Positions 45,007 through 54,422 are shown, counted from the stretch's first letter. The stretch is DNA of 64,000 nt from an uncultured virus (IMG/VR IMGVR_UViG_3300010362_000017) (IMGVR_UViG_3300010362_000017); one strand, 5' to 3'. The notes: a model not told the origin generated them from the letters alone. Translations and numbers: made by a program.

Positions 45007-46125
45007 CTATGCTGCCTCCGGCGGCGCCCCGCCCAGCCTCTCTCTGGTGCGCTGCCATTCTCCGGCCAGCATCTCCCAGTCGATGGCTTCAAACTCGCCT
45101 TCGCGCGGGGCAACCATCTGGTTCCAGAACTGTACGGCGCCGGTCAGGGTGTGCATCTGCTGCAGTTGCGCCGCCACCCAATTCAAGGCGTCCTGTGCGT
45201 CCTTCTTGGGATCGGGCATGCCCTGTGCTGGCGCGACCTGCTGGCTTCGCATATCAACGGCGGTGGCAATCCGCTCGTAGATTTGTGAGTGCCTGTCCGA
45301 AAGCATCTGCAGGATGGGATCGTTCTGCTCGTCCCACTCGCGTATCTCGTCCTCGGTCTTGGCTTGGCCGATCATGCGGATATAGGTGGCCGCCCATTCA
45401 TCGGGGCCTTTGCCGGGGCCGAGTATGATTTTATGGGGACCGGCCGGTGTGGTCGGTTCTTGCTTGGGCGTTTCCTGCTTGGGCGCGGAACCCCCGCCCT
45501 CCGCCGGGGCCGAATCGGCCGCCGCAGATTTTTGGTCTCGCGCAGGACCGGGTACGCGAGTCTTGTTCGTGTCGCCTTCGTCGGCATCCCCATCCTCGAA
45601 GTCGCCGGCGGGAACCTGGTAGAGCGAAAGCAGAAAGGATTTCCGCGCGCCGCTATGGCATTTGTTGACGGCCTTGTCGTCGTAGTCGCCCTTGCGCGTG
45701 CGGGCGACGCACATGCCGGTGTGCAGCTGCGGCGGCAGGCTCTCACCCGATTCGTGGTAGACGATGAACTCGTATTGAATCGCGAGACGACCGCCCTCGA
45801 CCGTTTCGACCTTGATCTGGCTCTGCGTGACGGCCAGCCCGTTCGCGCCCATCAATGGCGTGATGGCGTACAGCAGGTCTTCGAAGCGGGCGTAGTCGTA
45901 GTTGAAATAGTCGTTGTGCCCACGTTTGCGGATTGTGCCAACTTCCTTCATCACGTTGGCGATAGCCCTGGTGATCTTGCCGGTCGGCCGGGGAGGCGGC
46001 GCTGCGGTGCGCTGCGCAATCTCCTGCCTTGCGGCACCGTCGACTTGCGTCAGCCCGGCTGTGGCGGTGGTTCCACGCGGCCCCGGCACCATCGGGACAC
46101 GGGGTTTGGAGGGTTGATCGTTCAT
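45007..46125 (-). CDS. erf: ERF-family single-strand annealing protein
   Basis: IRKRGHNDYFNYDYARFEDL...HESGE...DDKAVNKCHSGARK.FL..LYQVP. Confidence 0.8.
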   Translation of the reverse strand: MNDQPSKPRVPMVPGPRGTTATAGLTQVDGAARQEIAQRTAAPPPRPTGKITRAIANVMKEVGTIRKRGHNDYFNYDYARFEDLLYAITPLMGANGLAVTQSQIKVETVEGGRLAIQYEFIVYHESGESLPPQLHTGMCVARTRKGDYDDKAVNKCHSGARKSFLLSLYQVPAGDFEDGDADEGDTNKTRVPGPARDQKSAAADSAPAEGGGSAPKQETPKQEPTTPAGPHKIILGPGKGPDEWAATYIRMIGQAKTEDEIREWDEQNDPILQMLSDRHSQIYERIATAVDMRSQQVAPAQGMPDPKKDAQDALNWVAAQLQQMHTLTGAVQFWNQMVAPREGEFEAIDWEMLAGEWQRTRERLGGAPPEAA

Positions 46126-47051
46126 ACTGCTTTCTGCTCCTCTAGGACGTTGACGCCTGGCACGGTAATCCCTGAACGCACGGCGCGGTTAGCGAGGTCC
46201 TGGACGGCCATCTTGATGTCAGGACTATCAGCGAAAAAAGCCAAGCACGCCTTGTAGTCGGTGATCTCGGCGTGCTTGAGACTCTTGAGCGTCATCGCTC
46301 GTCCGCGCGTGCCAGCACGGGGACGACGGGCATCGCCAGTGGGAGGTGTGCCCGCCGCCGCCGCCGCCTTGGCCTGTTCTTCTTGAGCTTGCTTGAGCTT
46401 GCTCAGCCAAGGCGTAAGGAGTTTGTATTTCAGGTCTTTGTAGGTCTCGGCTTTGAGCAGCACCGGCGCCCACTTTTTCTGCACCGCTTTCATGCCTTCG
46501 TCGTAGGGCCGGCGCTCCTCTTTGCGCTGCTCCTCGGCGAGGTGGCATAGCTCTGCCAGGCGATCGGCGAGGTTCGCGATACGGTCGGCCTCAGCCTGAT
46601 CGGCGATCGGCGGCCCCTCAATGCGCCGTATGGCCTCGCGCGCCAGGTCCTCGATTTGGTCGAACAGAGTCTCGTAGCTCATATCCTCGGGCGGGAGGTT
46701 GTCGCCCATCGGCACCAATTCGTGCTCGTCCGGCCACGGCTTCCCGTCCTCGGCAACGGCGCGATAGGCTTCCTCGCTGACCGGATGATTGCCCACCATC
46801 ACCCATAGGTCTTGGCCGCGCTCCGGCGTCACGTCCGTGTCGCCGACACGGCAGCACAACCGGCCATCCCATCCGGGCCAGTAGGCAATCGGCGTAAAGG
46901 TGCGGCGCGCGCCATACTGCTCCTTGTGCGGCTTGCGAAAGAACCCGGCGTGCGGCGTGCCTTCGTTCATCTCGACGGGCATGCCGGCGAGCTTGGCCTT
47001 CCACCACGCCCAGGCGTCATAGTTGTTGTCGTAGAACGATTCCGTGCTCAT
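46122..47051 (-). CDS. Conserved phage protein of the recombination module
   Basis: WAWWKAKLAG...PHAGFFR N-domain; coiled coil; C-terminal AEITDY...VPGV. Confidence 0.65.
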   Translation of the reverse strand: MSTESFYDNNYDAWAWWKAKLAGMPVEMNEGTPHAGFFRKPHKEQYGARRTFTPIAYWPGWDGRLCCRVGDTDVTPERGQDLWVMVGNHPVSEEAYRAVAEDGKPWPDEHELVPMGDNLPPEDMSYETLFDQIEDLAREAIRRIEGPPIADQAEADRIANLADRLAELCHLAEEQRKEERRPYDEGMKAVQKKWAPVLLKAETYKDLKYKLLTPWLSKLKQAQEEQAKAAAAAGTPPTGDARRPRAGTRGRAMTLKSLKHAEITDYKACLAFFADSPDIKMAVQDLANRAVRSGITVPGVNVLEEQKAV

Positions 47052-47060
47052 TCACGCTCC

Positions 47061-47297
47061 TTATTGAGTGCGGGGCAGTCGCGGGCGCGGGCCATGCAGC
47101 GCGGACGGGATATCCACCATCTGCGCGAGGTACAGGGCGGCGATGTCCAGGCGCCGCGTTTCCAGGATCGCACGGCAGTATTTGACGTGCAGGTGCGCCT
47201 CGGCGTTGCTGATCTTCTTGGCGTCAATCAGCTTCCATATCTTGTACATCTTGGCGCGAAGCTCGGCCGTCTCCTTCAACAGTTCGTCGGTGTCCAT
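47061..47297 (-). CDS. Hypothetical protein
   Basis: RBS GAGGAAG before MDTDELLKE. Confidence 0.5.
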   Translation of the reverse strand: MDTDELLKETAELRAKMYKIWKLIDAKKISNAEAHLHVKYCRAILETRRLDIAALYLAQMVDIPSALHGPRPRLPRTQ

Positions 47298-47550
47298 AGG
47301 GGCTTCCTCTGTGTCCAAGTCGGTGATTTCCAAAGTCGAGTTTCCGGCCGATCTGGCGGACGACAGTCTCAAGTTCGTCCAGGGCCAGCTGCAGCGCGCG
47401 AATGTCGGCCTTGGCCTTCTGGCGTAGGCGCTGGACTTGCTGTGCGCGCGCGCTCAGCTGCGGCCGGCACTGCACGCACAGCGTCGTGTCATCGGCTGCG
47501 AGCGGCCCGCCGCAATCCGTGCAGCGCAGCGTTCGCGTCATGCCGCGCAT
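47224..47550 (-). CDS. Zn-ribbon / coiled-coil protein
   Basis: CTDC...CVQC followed by a coiled coil. Confidence 0.45.
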   Translation of the reverse strand: MRGMTRTLRCTDCGGPLAADDTTLCVQCRPQLSARAQQVQRLRQKAKADIRALQLALDELETVVRQIGRKLDFGNHRLGHRGSPYGHRRTVEGDGRASRQDVQDMEAD

Positions 47551-47557
47551 GAAGCTA

Positions 47558-48550
47558 TCAGTCATAGTCGCCATCGTTCTTGCCGATGAACCCGCCACCC
47601 GCCAACTCGTTGGCGCACTCCATCACTAGCTGGCGGTCGCGCGCGCCGGTCTCGCGCACCAGGTCGTCAATCGTGTACCTGTAGCTGCTGCCGCGGATAA
47701 CCCGCAGGATTGCGTGTTTCACGTTCTGCTTGATGATGGCCCACTGCGCGTCGGTCATCGCCAGGCTCATCTCGTGCAGGGATTGCGGCTTCGGCTTCGC
47801 TGCCGGTTCGGGCGGTTCGGGCTGCTTTTCCGCCTGCTTCCTCCTCAAGACGATGTTGGCCTTTTGATTCTTGAGCCGCTTGGCCAGCTTGCCCAGGACA
47901 ACGGTCTGCTCGGTGATCCACTCCCGCGTTTGACCGTTTACCCTCCATTCCGGCACATAGCGGTTGTGCGCGTCGACCATCATGGGCGCTGCTTTGCGCT
48001 CCGCCGGCTTGCGGTAGTCGCGCTTGCGCCTGGGCTCTGGCTCGGGCGGAGCGGTCTTGGCGACAGAAGCAGCGGCGCGCTTGGCCTTGGTAAGAGTTTC
48101 GCTCCTCTCCCACTCGGCGTCGGCGAGTGCGGTCTGGAGGATACGACGCTCGCGCTCTGCCCGTAGTTTCGCTTCCTCCTCCGCGTGTATGCGCTGCATC
48201 TCGGCGCGCTGTTCGCTCACGGCAATACGGCTGGTACGGCGACGCTCCTTCTGTTCGGGAGTGAGCCGCACCGTCGTGTCGACGCCGAGACGGCGCACGA
48301 CACCGGGTTCCTCATCCCAATGGTTCTGCCAGTAGTCCATTTCCTCGTCGGGCGCGGGCCGGCGGTCGCCGGCAAAGTTCTGCCAGCCACCAACCTGCTG
48401 GGAGAGCGAGCCGTTTTCGATATATCCCCGGTCGCAAATGCGCTGAATGAACTCCCTGTCGTCCAAGGTGAGAGGGCGCGCCAAGAAATCGTTCCATTCC
48501 ATGTAACGGAAGGCCCGCTTGATCGTCTTGGTGTAGACGCCCGGTTTCAC
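47558..48550 (-). CDS. Hypothetical protein, possible C-terminal winged helix
   Basis: 330 aa; YTIDDLVRETG...ELAGGGFI. Confidence 0.55.
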   Translation of the reverse strand: MKPGVYTKTIKRAFRYMEWNDFLARPLTLDDREFIQRICDRGYIENGSLSQQVGGWQNFAGDRRPAPDEEMDYWQNHWDEEPGVVRRLGVDTTVRLTPEQKERRRTSRIAVSEQRAEMQRIHAEEEAKLRAERERRILQTALADAEWERSETLTKAKRAAASVAKTAPPEPEPRRKRDYRKPAERKAAPMMVDAHNRYVPEWRVNGQTREWITEQTVVLGKLAKRLKNQKANIVLRRKQAEKQPEPPEPAAKPKPQSLHEMSLAMTDAQWAIIKQNVKHAILRVIRGSSYRYTIDDLVRETGARDRQLVMECANELAGGGFIGKNDGDYD

Positions 48551-48807
48551 TTGCGCTTTGCCCTCTTACGACGTGGCGGTGCCCTCTTTTTCTTTCGCTG
48601 CCGCTCGGTGTAGTCGCGGAAATATCTGAGGTATGCCTCGATGTTGTGGAGCGAATCGCAAGCTGTCATCAGGCAGTTCCGCGTTCGCTCCTGGTAGTCC
48701 CGTATGTCGCGCAAAACCTGAGTGGCGGCCAGCAACTCGCGCACGCGCTGGCGTAGGGTTTCCTCATCGGCCGCCTTGATCTCCGCCTCGGTCATGATCT
48801 GAAACAT
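48547..48807 (-). CDS. Hypothetical basic protein
   Basis: Coupled to both neighbours. Confidence 0.5.
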   Translation of the reverse strand: MFQIMTEAEIKAADEETLRQRVRELLAATQVLRDIRDYQERTRNCLMTACDSLHNIEAYLRYFRDYTERQRKKKRAPPRRKRAKRK

Positions 48808-49001
48808 CACTTTGTCCTCGCACGGCAGCGCAACGCCCAGGCGGGACAACCGGGCGGCTTGGTCTGCTCTGCGGTGGGCCAGGGGCGATAGTCGGCGGCG
48901 CGGACGCGCGTGGTGAGAATCGTCACGATGAATAGGATGGCGACCACCAACGCGATGATGATCGTCACTTGCGCGCGCCAGACCTGGCGACCGGGAGTCA
49001 T
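48807..49001 (-). CDS. Small membrane/secreted protein
   Basis: TM segment VTIIIALVVAILFIVTIL. Confidence 0.5.
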   Translation of the reverse strand: MTPGRQVWRAQVTIIIALVVAILFIVTILTTRVRAADYRPWPTAEQTKPPGCPAWALRCRARTK

Positions 49002-49147
49002 GTTTTCCTCCGCGTGTAGATGCCGGAGAAGGTGCGCCGGGCGCAGCGGTAGCAGAACTCCTCCTCCGGCTCTTTCAGGCGTGCCGGCTCGCGGTCGCCT
49101 TCCTCGCGGCGCCAGCACTCGTCACAGATTGGAACGGTGTAGTTCAT
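48998..49147 (-). CDS. 49-aa Zn-finger protein absent from the ORF track (MNYTVPICDECW...FCYRC...)
   Basis: ATGA overlaps at both ends; 2x CxxC. Confidence 0.6.
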   Translation of the reverse strand: MNYTVPICDECWRREEGDREPARLKEPEEEFCYRCARRTFSGIYTRRKT

Positions 49148-49359
49148 GCGCTCCGCTCCGATACTGTCACGTGGACTTCCATCAGCTTGCCGAATCGCGC
49201 AGCGCGGGTGAGCACGTCGACCAGTGCTTTAGTCAAGACCTGGGCGTCACGCTCGAAGTCCATCCCGTGGGCCGACAATAATATCGGGGTGGGGTAATAC
49301 CTCGGATCGTCTATCCAGAGGTTGTCGGCGTTCCCCTGGAACCGTTCGTGTTTCATCAC
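49144..49359 (-). CDS. Hypothetical protein
   Basis: Coupled to both neighbours. Confidence 0.5.
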   Translation of the reverse strand: MMKHERFQGNADNLWIDDPRYYPTPILLSAHGMDFERDAQVLTKALVDVLTRAARFGKLMEVHVTVSERSA

Positions 49360-49541
49360 ACCGCCCCCATCGGCTTGCGTGCGCGCGCCAGCGTGTACCG
49401 GCCACGGCCAAGCTCGCGCAGGATGCCAATTTCCGCGAGGTGTCCGAGTGTCGGCAGTCGCTTGAGGCCGGCTCTGTGGTAGGCAGTCTTTAATACCGCG
49501 GCCTCACGGCGGCGGATCACGTGATTGACGCGCTTTCGCAT
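49356..49541 (-). CDS. Small basic protein, possible wHTH
   Basis: RBS GGAGG; LAEIGILRELGRGRY. Confidence 0.5.
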   Translation of the reverse strand: MRKRVNHVIRRREAAVLKTAYHRAGLKRLPTLGHLAEIGILRELGRGRYTLARARKPMGAV

Positions 49542-50112
49542 GTGATGTCCTCCTGGGTTTGGTCTTACCGTCAAATCCTCTGGTGAGTTTCTTGTCGAAG
49601 CCTCGACTACGAATCTTCCGCTTCGGCTTTTTGTTCCAATCGATGGCACTGTAGTTTTCGGCGTAGAGATCACGCGGTTCGTTCATGCGCTCGTAGGCGT
49701 TTTTGGCTCCCGCCTCGAAGCCTGCGCGAACAGCCTCGCCCATAGCTACGACGATATTACCGTGCGGGCCATGCAGTGCATTGCTCCAGTCGAGCAGGGC
49801 CTTCTGTGAGCGGCGCGCGTCCGCTTTCGTGCGAATGCGCCGGCTCTTGGCGATGATCTTGGCGTCCTCCCTAGTCTTCTCCTTGTGCGCTTTGCGCAGC
49901 ATCGGCGTCAGGTTCCAGTACACGTCCTCGCCTTTGAACGTGTGCAGCCGGTTGTGATCGAAATGGAACAACGAAAGGAACTGGTGTTCCGTCATCTTCT
50001 TGGCGTCGGTGTACCAGAGCGGCCCCTTGTAGCGCTCCATCGCATACGCCAGCAGGGCGCTGGCGCATTTGGTCCGCCATGAAATGTGCTTTCGACGAGT
50101 CTTGTCAGCCAT
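49504..50112 (-). CDS. HNH-like nuclease homolog
   Basis: FDH..LH...D..WNL.P....HKEKT..D...IAK..R; basic C-terminus. Confidence 0.6.
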   Translation of the reverse strand: MADKTRRKHISWRTKCASALLAYAMERYKGPLWYTDAKKMTEHQFLSLFHFDHNRLHTFKGEDVYWNLTPMLRKAHKEKTREDAKIIAKSRRIRTKADARRSQKALLDWSNALHGPHGNIVVAMGEAVRAGFEAGAKNAYERMNEPRDLYAENYSAIDWNKKPKRKIRSRGFDKKLTRGFDGKTKPRRTSHAKARQSRDPPP

Positions 50113-50150
50113 CGTGTGCAATGTTATAGGTGTATGGCGATGTCTGTCAA
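50102..50150. promoter_or_regulatory. Overlapping divergent sigma70-type promoters
   Basis: + strand TTGTCA(50102)-17-TATAGG(50125) with extended TG; - strand TTGACA(50150)-16-TATAAC. Confidence 0.65.
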
Positions 50151-50340
50151 CCGAAAGCCGCCGACCGTTTCCGTCACAGTTCGGCTCCCGCGCCGCCTGG
50201 CAGCGCGATTGAAGGAGGCCGCCAATGTTCGCGGTTGGCCACCGGCGCCCAGCCAGGCACAGATTGTTGCGCGTGGCGTGGAAATAGTCCTGGACACATT
50301 GAGCAAACAAGGCGGGGCGCTCAGTGACGGTACACGGTAG
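50134..50340 (+). CDS. Ribbon-helix-helix (Arc/CopG-like) regulator
   Basis: VSVTVRLPRRLAARLKEAA...SQAQIVARGVE. Confidence 0.65.
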   Translation: MAMSVNRKPPTVSVTVRLPRRLAARLKEAANVRGWPPAPSQAQIVARGVEIVLDTLSKQGGALSDGTR

Positions 50341-50905
50341 TACGGGCAATCCAGGACGCGCCAGCCTCAGAGAGCGTGCTGACGACCGCTACGATACGCC
50401 GCCGCAAGCGGTCCACGCGCTGGTCAAAGCGGAAATGCTACCGCTGCACATCTGGGAGCCGGCCTGTGGTGCGGGCTCTATCGTCAACGTGCTGCGCGAG
50501 GCCGGCCATACCGTCATGGCGACGGACCTGCAGAACGGCGGATGTTATGACAGCCGCTTTGGCATTGACTTCCTGATGGAGTACACCGCGCCGATCGGCT
50601 GCGAAGCGATCATCACCAACCCGCCGTACAAGCTGGCAGACCAGTTCGTGCGGCACGCGCTTACATTGGTGCCCAAGGTCATCATGCTCTTGCGGTTCAA
50701 CTACTTGGAGGGCGTGGGCCACAGCGACATCATCGATAAGCACCTGGCGCACGTATATCTGTTCCGCAATCGTCTGCCGATGATGCACCGCAAGAACTGG
50801 GCCGGGCCAAAGTCTACCAGCATGGTTGCATTTGCGTGGTTCTCCTGGATGCGCGGCCACACCGGGCCGATGACGTTGAGCCGGCTGACGTGGACAGATG
50901 AGTGA
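50324..50905 (+). CDS. DNA amino-methyltransferase (m6A/m4C type)
   Basis: D.YDTP, WEPACGAG (SAM-binding), IITNPPY (catalytic). Confidence 0.85.
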   Translation: MTVHGSTGNPGRASLRERADDRYDTPPQAVHALVKAEMLPLHIWEPACGAGSIVNVLREAGHTVMATDLQNGGCYDSRFGIDFLMEYTAPIGCEAIITNPPYKLADQFVRHALTLVPKVIMLLRFNYLEGVGHSDIIDKHLAHVYLFRNRLPMMHRKNWAGPKSTSMVAFAWFSWMRGHTGPMTLSRLTWTDE

Positions 50906-51413
50906 CGATGTTCGTATTCGGCTGACCTGGGACGAGATACTTGAGGCCGCTCTAGTTGGTTGCGTGACTAATATCGACAGCCTGAAGCGCAAATACGTGC
51001 CGGGCAACAATGCGCCAGAGGAGGAGAACTGGACTTTCAACATCGAGGGCAGATGCGGAGAGAAGGCCGTCGCCAAGCATTTCGGTGTGTACTGGGCCGC
51101 GATGACGAACATGGGCAATCCCAAGGCTGACGATGTTGGGCCGTATCAGACCAAGACCAACACCAGCCGCAAATGGGATGACCTGATCCTGCGCGATAGC
51201 GACAACATCGACCGCAACTATATCTCGGTGTTGAGCTTCCTGCCCGATTTCGTGATCACCGGATGGATGGAAGGCACGGAGGTTAAGCAGGAAAAATGGA
51301 GACGCGAAGGAAGCCCGGGCAGGGCGCCGGCGTTCTTCTTCCCGCGCAAACTGCTGCATCCGCTGAGAACATTGCCGGGGCTCGTGGTCGCGCGACGAAG
51401 GCCGCTGGTTTGA
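50898..51413 (+). CDS. Hypothetical protein, possible PD-(D/E)xK fold
   Basis: G..GEKAVAKHFG...ADDVG.YQTKT. Confidence 0.5.
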   Translation: MSDDVRIRLTWDEILEAALVGCVTNIDSLKRKYVPGNNAPEEENWTFNIEGRCGEKAVAKHFGVYWAAMTNMGNPKADDVGPYQTKTNTSRKWDDLILRDSDNIDRNYISVLSFLPDFVITGWMEGTEVKQEKWRREGSPGRAPAFFFPRKLLHPLRTLPGLVVARRRPLV

Positions 51414-51538
51414 CACGTAAAACCAAGCCGCCCGATTTGCAGGAATGGGTTGCCAGGTACGGGGGATATCAGAACATTCCGTGGGAAAAGTGGGACGCTG
51501 CGACGGCGCAGTATCACATCGCGCGTCGGATGAGGTAA
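51410..51538 (+). CDS. Small hypothetical protein
   Basis: TTGA coupling; PPDLQEWVARYGGY..IP. Confidence 0.45.
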   Translation: MTRKTKPPDLQEWVARYGGYQNIPWEKWDAATAQYHIARRMR

Positions 51539-51541
51539 AAC

Positions 51542-52069
51542 ATGCCAACAGGCGGCGACGGCTCGGTCATCCTGGAGCAAGCCTATGCGCTCAGTAAGAT
51601 GCTCAACAACAAAAGCTGGCACGGGTTGTTGCGCAGCGGCATTACTCCATCGGATATCGACTTGCCGTACATCCCGGTGGTGTTCGGCAGCTTTGCACGT
51701 ACCATCCTCTGTGATTTGTCGAACAGCTACAGACAGTGGTCCGAGGCGCCGACCGGCCAGCATCGGCTCTATCGAGAGTTGACAACATCGGCGCCGCACA
51801 TTGCCGTGCTTTGTCACCACAACGTCACCCCGGAGATGGGCCGCAAGATCGACACGCTGTACGATATCGACTCGTTTCAAGTGATGCTGGAGGATTTTGG
51901 TTTCGTGTACTCGAAGCTATTCGAGGCCGACGACTGGCAACCTTTCGTCGAGCGCTGGGTGAACGATCCGCATGGACCGCAGTTCATACGTCGCCGGTTG
52001 CTCGGCAGCTGGGCCAAGCAGAACAGCCCAACAACTCCGGCCTCATTGCAGACGGCCGTTGCAAAGTGA
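51542..52069 (+). CDS. Hypothetical protein
   Basis: RBS GAGGT; 175 aa. Confidence 0.55.
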   Translation: MPTGGDGSVILEQAYALSKMLNNKSWHGLLRSGITPSDIDLPYIPVVFGSFARTILCDLSNSYRQWSEAPTGQHRLYRELTTSAPHIAVLCHHNVTPEMGRKIDTLYDIDSFQVMLEDFGFVYSKLFEADDWQPFVERWVNDPHGPQFIRRRLLGSWAKQNSPTTPASLQTAVAK

Positions 52070-52203
52070 TAGCTATTCGAGTACACTGAACGCGATGGTC
52101 ATGGCACTGTGCCGGTACGCGGCGTGGGGTTGCTGCCCACGGGACATAAGGGAGTAGCTTCCCTCCGGTTTGTCCATGACCATCGCTTTTTTTGGAGGCC
52201 CCG

Positions 52204-52419
52204 ATGGCACACGAGTGGACACAGTATCGGCGCACAACGGTACAGGACATGCGGCCCTACGAGCCGGGCGAAGACGTAACGAACATCGAGATCAATCCGA
52301 TTGACGCTGCGCAGGGCTCGCCGAAAGAGGGTGACATGATCGCCCGCAATCCGAACGATGAGACCAAGGGCTGGCTCGTGAGCCAGCACTATTTCGCGCA
52401 CAACTTTACGCGGGTATGA
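52204..52419 (+). CDS. Small conserved phage protein
   Basis: RBS GGAGG; MRPYEPGED...GSPKEGDMIARNP...WLV...YF..NF. Confidence 0.7.
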   Translation: MAHEWTQYRRTTVQDMRPYEPGEDVTNIEINPIDAAQGSPKEGDMIARNPNDETKGWLVSQHYFAHNFTRV

Positions 52420-52673
52420 CCTACGATCCTAACTACAAGCTCAAGCACAAGCCGCCGCCAGTCCACCGGCTGGCGTACTACAAGCGCCTGCCACCGCCCA
52501 TGGTGGGCGATCCGCGGCCCGATCTCGGCTGGCACTGCAAGAACCCCTGGAAGCAGCGCTGCGAGGCGGTCTACGCCGCGATGATGGCGTTCAAGCACGG
52601 CACCGTGCCGCCCAGGAGCAGGGTTGGTCTCTGGTACTACGACGTGGACACCGACCATTACAGGCAGGCGTGA
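52416..52673 (+). CDS. Hypothetical protein
   Basis: Coupled at both ends. Confidence 0.5.
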   Translation: MTYDPNYKLKHKPPPVHRLAYYKRLPPPMVGDPRPDLGWHCKNPWKQRCEAVYAAMMAFKHGTVPPRSRVGLWYYDVDTDHYRQA

Positions 52674-54196
52674 TGCAAGAGTTGCGACCATACCAGGAGG
52701 AGGCCCTGCAAGCCCTTCGGGAGACCGTGGGGCAGGGCGTTCGCCGGCTGGTAGTCCAGGCCCCGACCGGGAGCGGAAAGACGCTGCTTGCGGCTACGGT
52801 TGTCCAGGCGTGCCTAGCCAAGCGCAATCGAGCGGTTTTCTGCGTGCCCGCCATCCAGCTGGTCGACCAGACCGTGGAAATGTTCTACGCGCAGGGCATC
52901 CGGGGGATTGGCGTTATCCAGGCTAACCACGTCATGACGGATTGGTCCCAGCCGGTCCAGGTCGCCTCCATCCAGACCATCCGCAGCCGCCGCGTCTACC
53001 CGGACGCCAAGGTCGTGATCATCGATGAGGTGCACCAGCTACATAAGGCCCACGTGAAATGGCTGCACCATCCCGATTGGGAGAACGTGCCGTTCATCGG
53101 CCTGTCCGCCACGCCCTGGACGACCGGGCTGGGGCGGTACTTCGACTCGCTCTTGGTTATGTCGACCACCGCGGACCTGATCGAGCAGGGCTATCTCAGC
53201 AAGTTCAAGGTGTTCGCGTCGGACCACCCGGACTTGTCGCACGTCAAGACCGTGGCCGGCGACTACCACGAAGGCCAGCTTTCCAGGGTGATGCAGCAAA
53301 GCCCGCTGGTCGCCAACGTCGTGGAAACCTGGCGGTCGAAGTGGAACAAGGACAAGACATTCCTGTTCGCGGTCGACTGCGCCCACGCCCAGATGCTCCA
53401 GGCGCGCTTTCGCGATGCCGGGATTAGCTGCGGCTACCAGGACGCCAACACCTCGCTGGCTGATCGGGCGGCGCTCAAGCGGGCGTTCCACAACGGCGAG
53501 GTGAGGATCATCTCCAACGTCGGCACGTTGACGGTGGGCGTCGACTACGATGTGCGTTGCCTGATCCTGGCACGGCCGACCAAATCGGAAATGCTGTACG
53601 TGCAGATCATCGGGCGGGCGTTGCGCACCGCCGAGGGCAAAGACCACGCGCTGATCCTCGATCACACCGACACCACTAGTCGGTTGGGATTTGTCACCGA
53701 TATCCATCACGAGCACCTGTCGCAGGGCAAGCTCGACTCTACCCAGAAGCACGTGCCCCGTCCGGTACTGCCCAAGCCGTGTCCCAAGTGCACGGCGCTG
53801 ATGCCGGCCGGCGTGAAGGTGTGTCCGGAGTGCGGGTTCGAGCGCAAGGCGCCGGAGAGCAAGATCATCGAGCGCGAGGGCCGCTTGGTCGAGTGGGACT
53901 ACCAGTTCCGCAAGCCCAAGTACCCCAAGGCGATAGACGAGCCGATAATCTACACCTACGAAGAGAAGGCCCGGTTCTACGCCCAGCTGCGCGGCTACGG
54001 TATTGCCCGCAACTTCAAGCCGGGCTGGGCCAAGCTCAAATACCGGGAGAAGTTCAATGGCGTCTGGCCGGAGTGGGCCTGGGAGCGGCACCATCCCTTG
54101 CCGCCCGGCCCGGAGGTCATGATGTTCATCAAATCCCGGTTCATCGCGTGGGCCAATGATCCGAGAAACCCCAACTACCGACCGCGCTCTGCGTGA
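52670..54196 (+). CDS. SF2 DExH helicase (YejH/RadD-like) with C-terminal Zn ribbon
   Basis: LRPYQ, APTGSGKT, IIDEVH, LSATP, QIIGRALR, CPKC...CPEC. Confidence 0.9.
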   Translation: MMQELRPYQEEALQALRETVGQGVRRLVVQAPTGSGKTLLAATVVQACLAKRNRAVFCVPAIQLVDQTVEMFYAQGIRGIGVIQANHVMTDWSQPVQVASIQTIRSRRVYPDAKVVIIDEVHQLHKAHVKWLHHPDWENVPFIGLSATPWTTGLGRYFDSLLVMSTTADLIEQGYLSKFKVFASDHPDLSHVKTVAGDYHEGQLSRVMQQSPLVANVVETWRSKWNKDKTFLFAVDCAHAQMLQARFRDAGISCGYQDANTSLADRAALKRAFHNGEVRIISNVGTLTVGVDYDVRCLILARPTKSEMLYVQIIGRALRTAEGKDHALILDHTDTTSRLGFVTDIHHEHLSQGKLDSTQKHVPRPVLPKPCPKCTALMPAGVKVCPECGFERKAPESKIIEREGRLVEWDYQFRKPKYPKAIDEPIIYTYEEKARFYAQLRGYGIARNFKPGWAKLKYREKFNGVWPEWAWERHHPLPPGPEVMMFIKSRFIAWANDPRNPNYRPRSA

Positions 54197-54422
54197 CGTG
54201 GTGCGCCGCGCGATAGACGACAATCAGTACAAGGCGGAGTTTACGCCCTGGTGCAACACGTTCATGTGCAACAAGTGCTACGGCGAGATCGTCAGCAAGC
54301 AAGATGACAAGACCTACCGCGCGCTGACAGAGCCGCCGCCGCGCGAGCGCAAGCTAGACCTGGGCGAGCCTCGCCCGGTCGAGGACGTGCAACTTGCCGC
54401 CCGCAAGATCGAGCTTGATTGA
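54156..54422 (+). CDS. Small protein carrying an MCP-like peptide (RRAIDDNQYKAEF.P); start 54156 or GTG 54198
   Basis: 8-residue identity with MCP D96-F103. Confidence 0.6.
   Translation: MIRETPTTDRALRDVVRRAIDDNQYKAEFTPWCNTFMCNKCYGEIVSKQDDKTYRALTEPPPRERKLDLGEPRPVEDVQLAARKIELD

Noticed and set aside
50324..51413. Complete restriction-modification system (methyltransferase plus adjacent nuclease-like gene)
   Set aside because: The nuclease assignment is weak, and orphan methyltransferases are common in phages.
54264..54275. MCNK identical to the first four residues of the 31170 ejection protein
   Set aside because: Four residues within a CxxC motif; compatible with chance.
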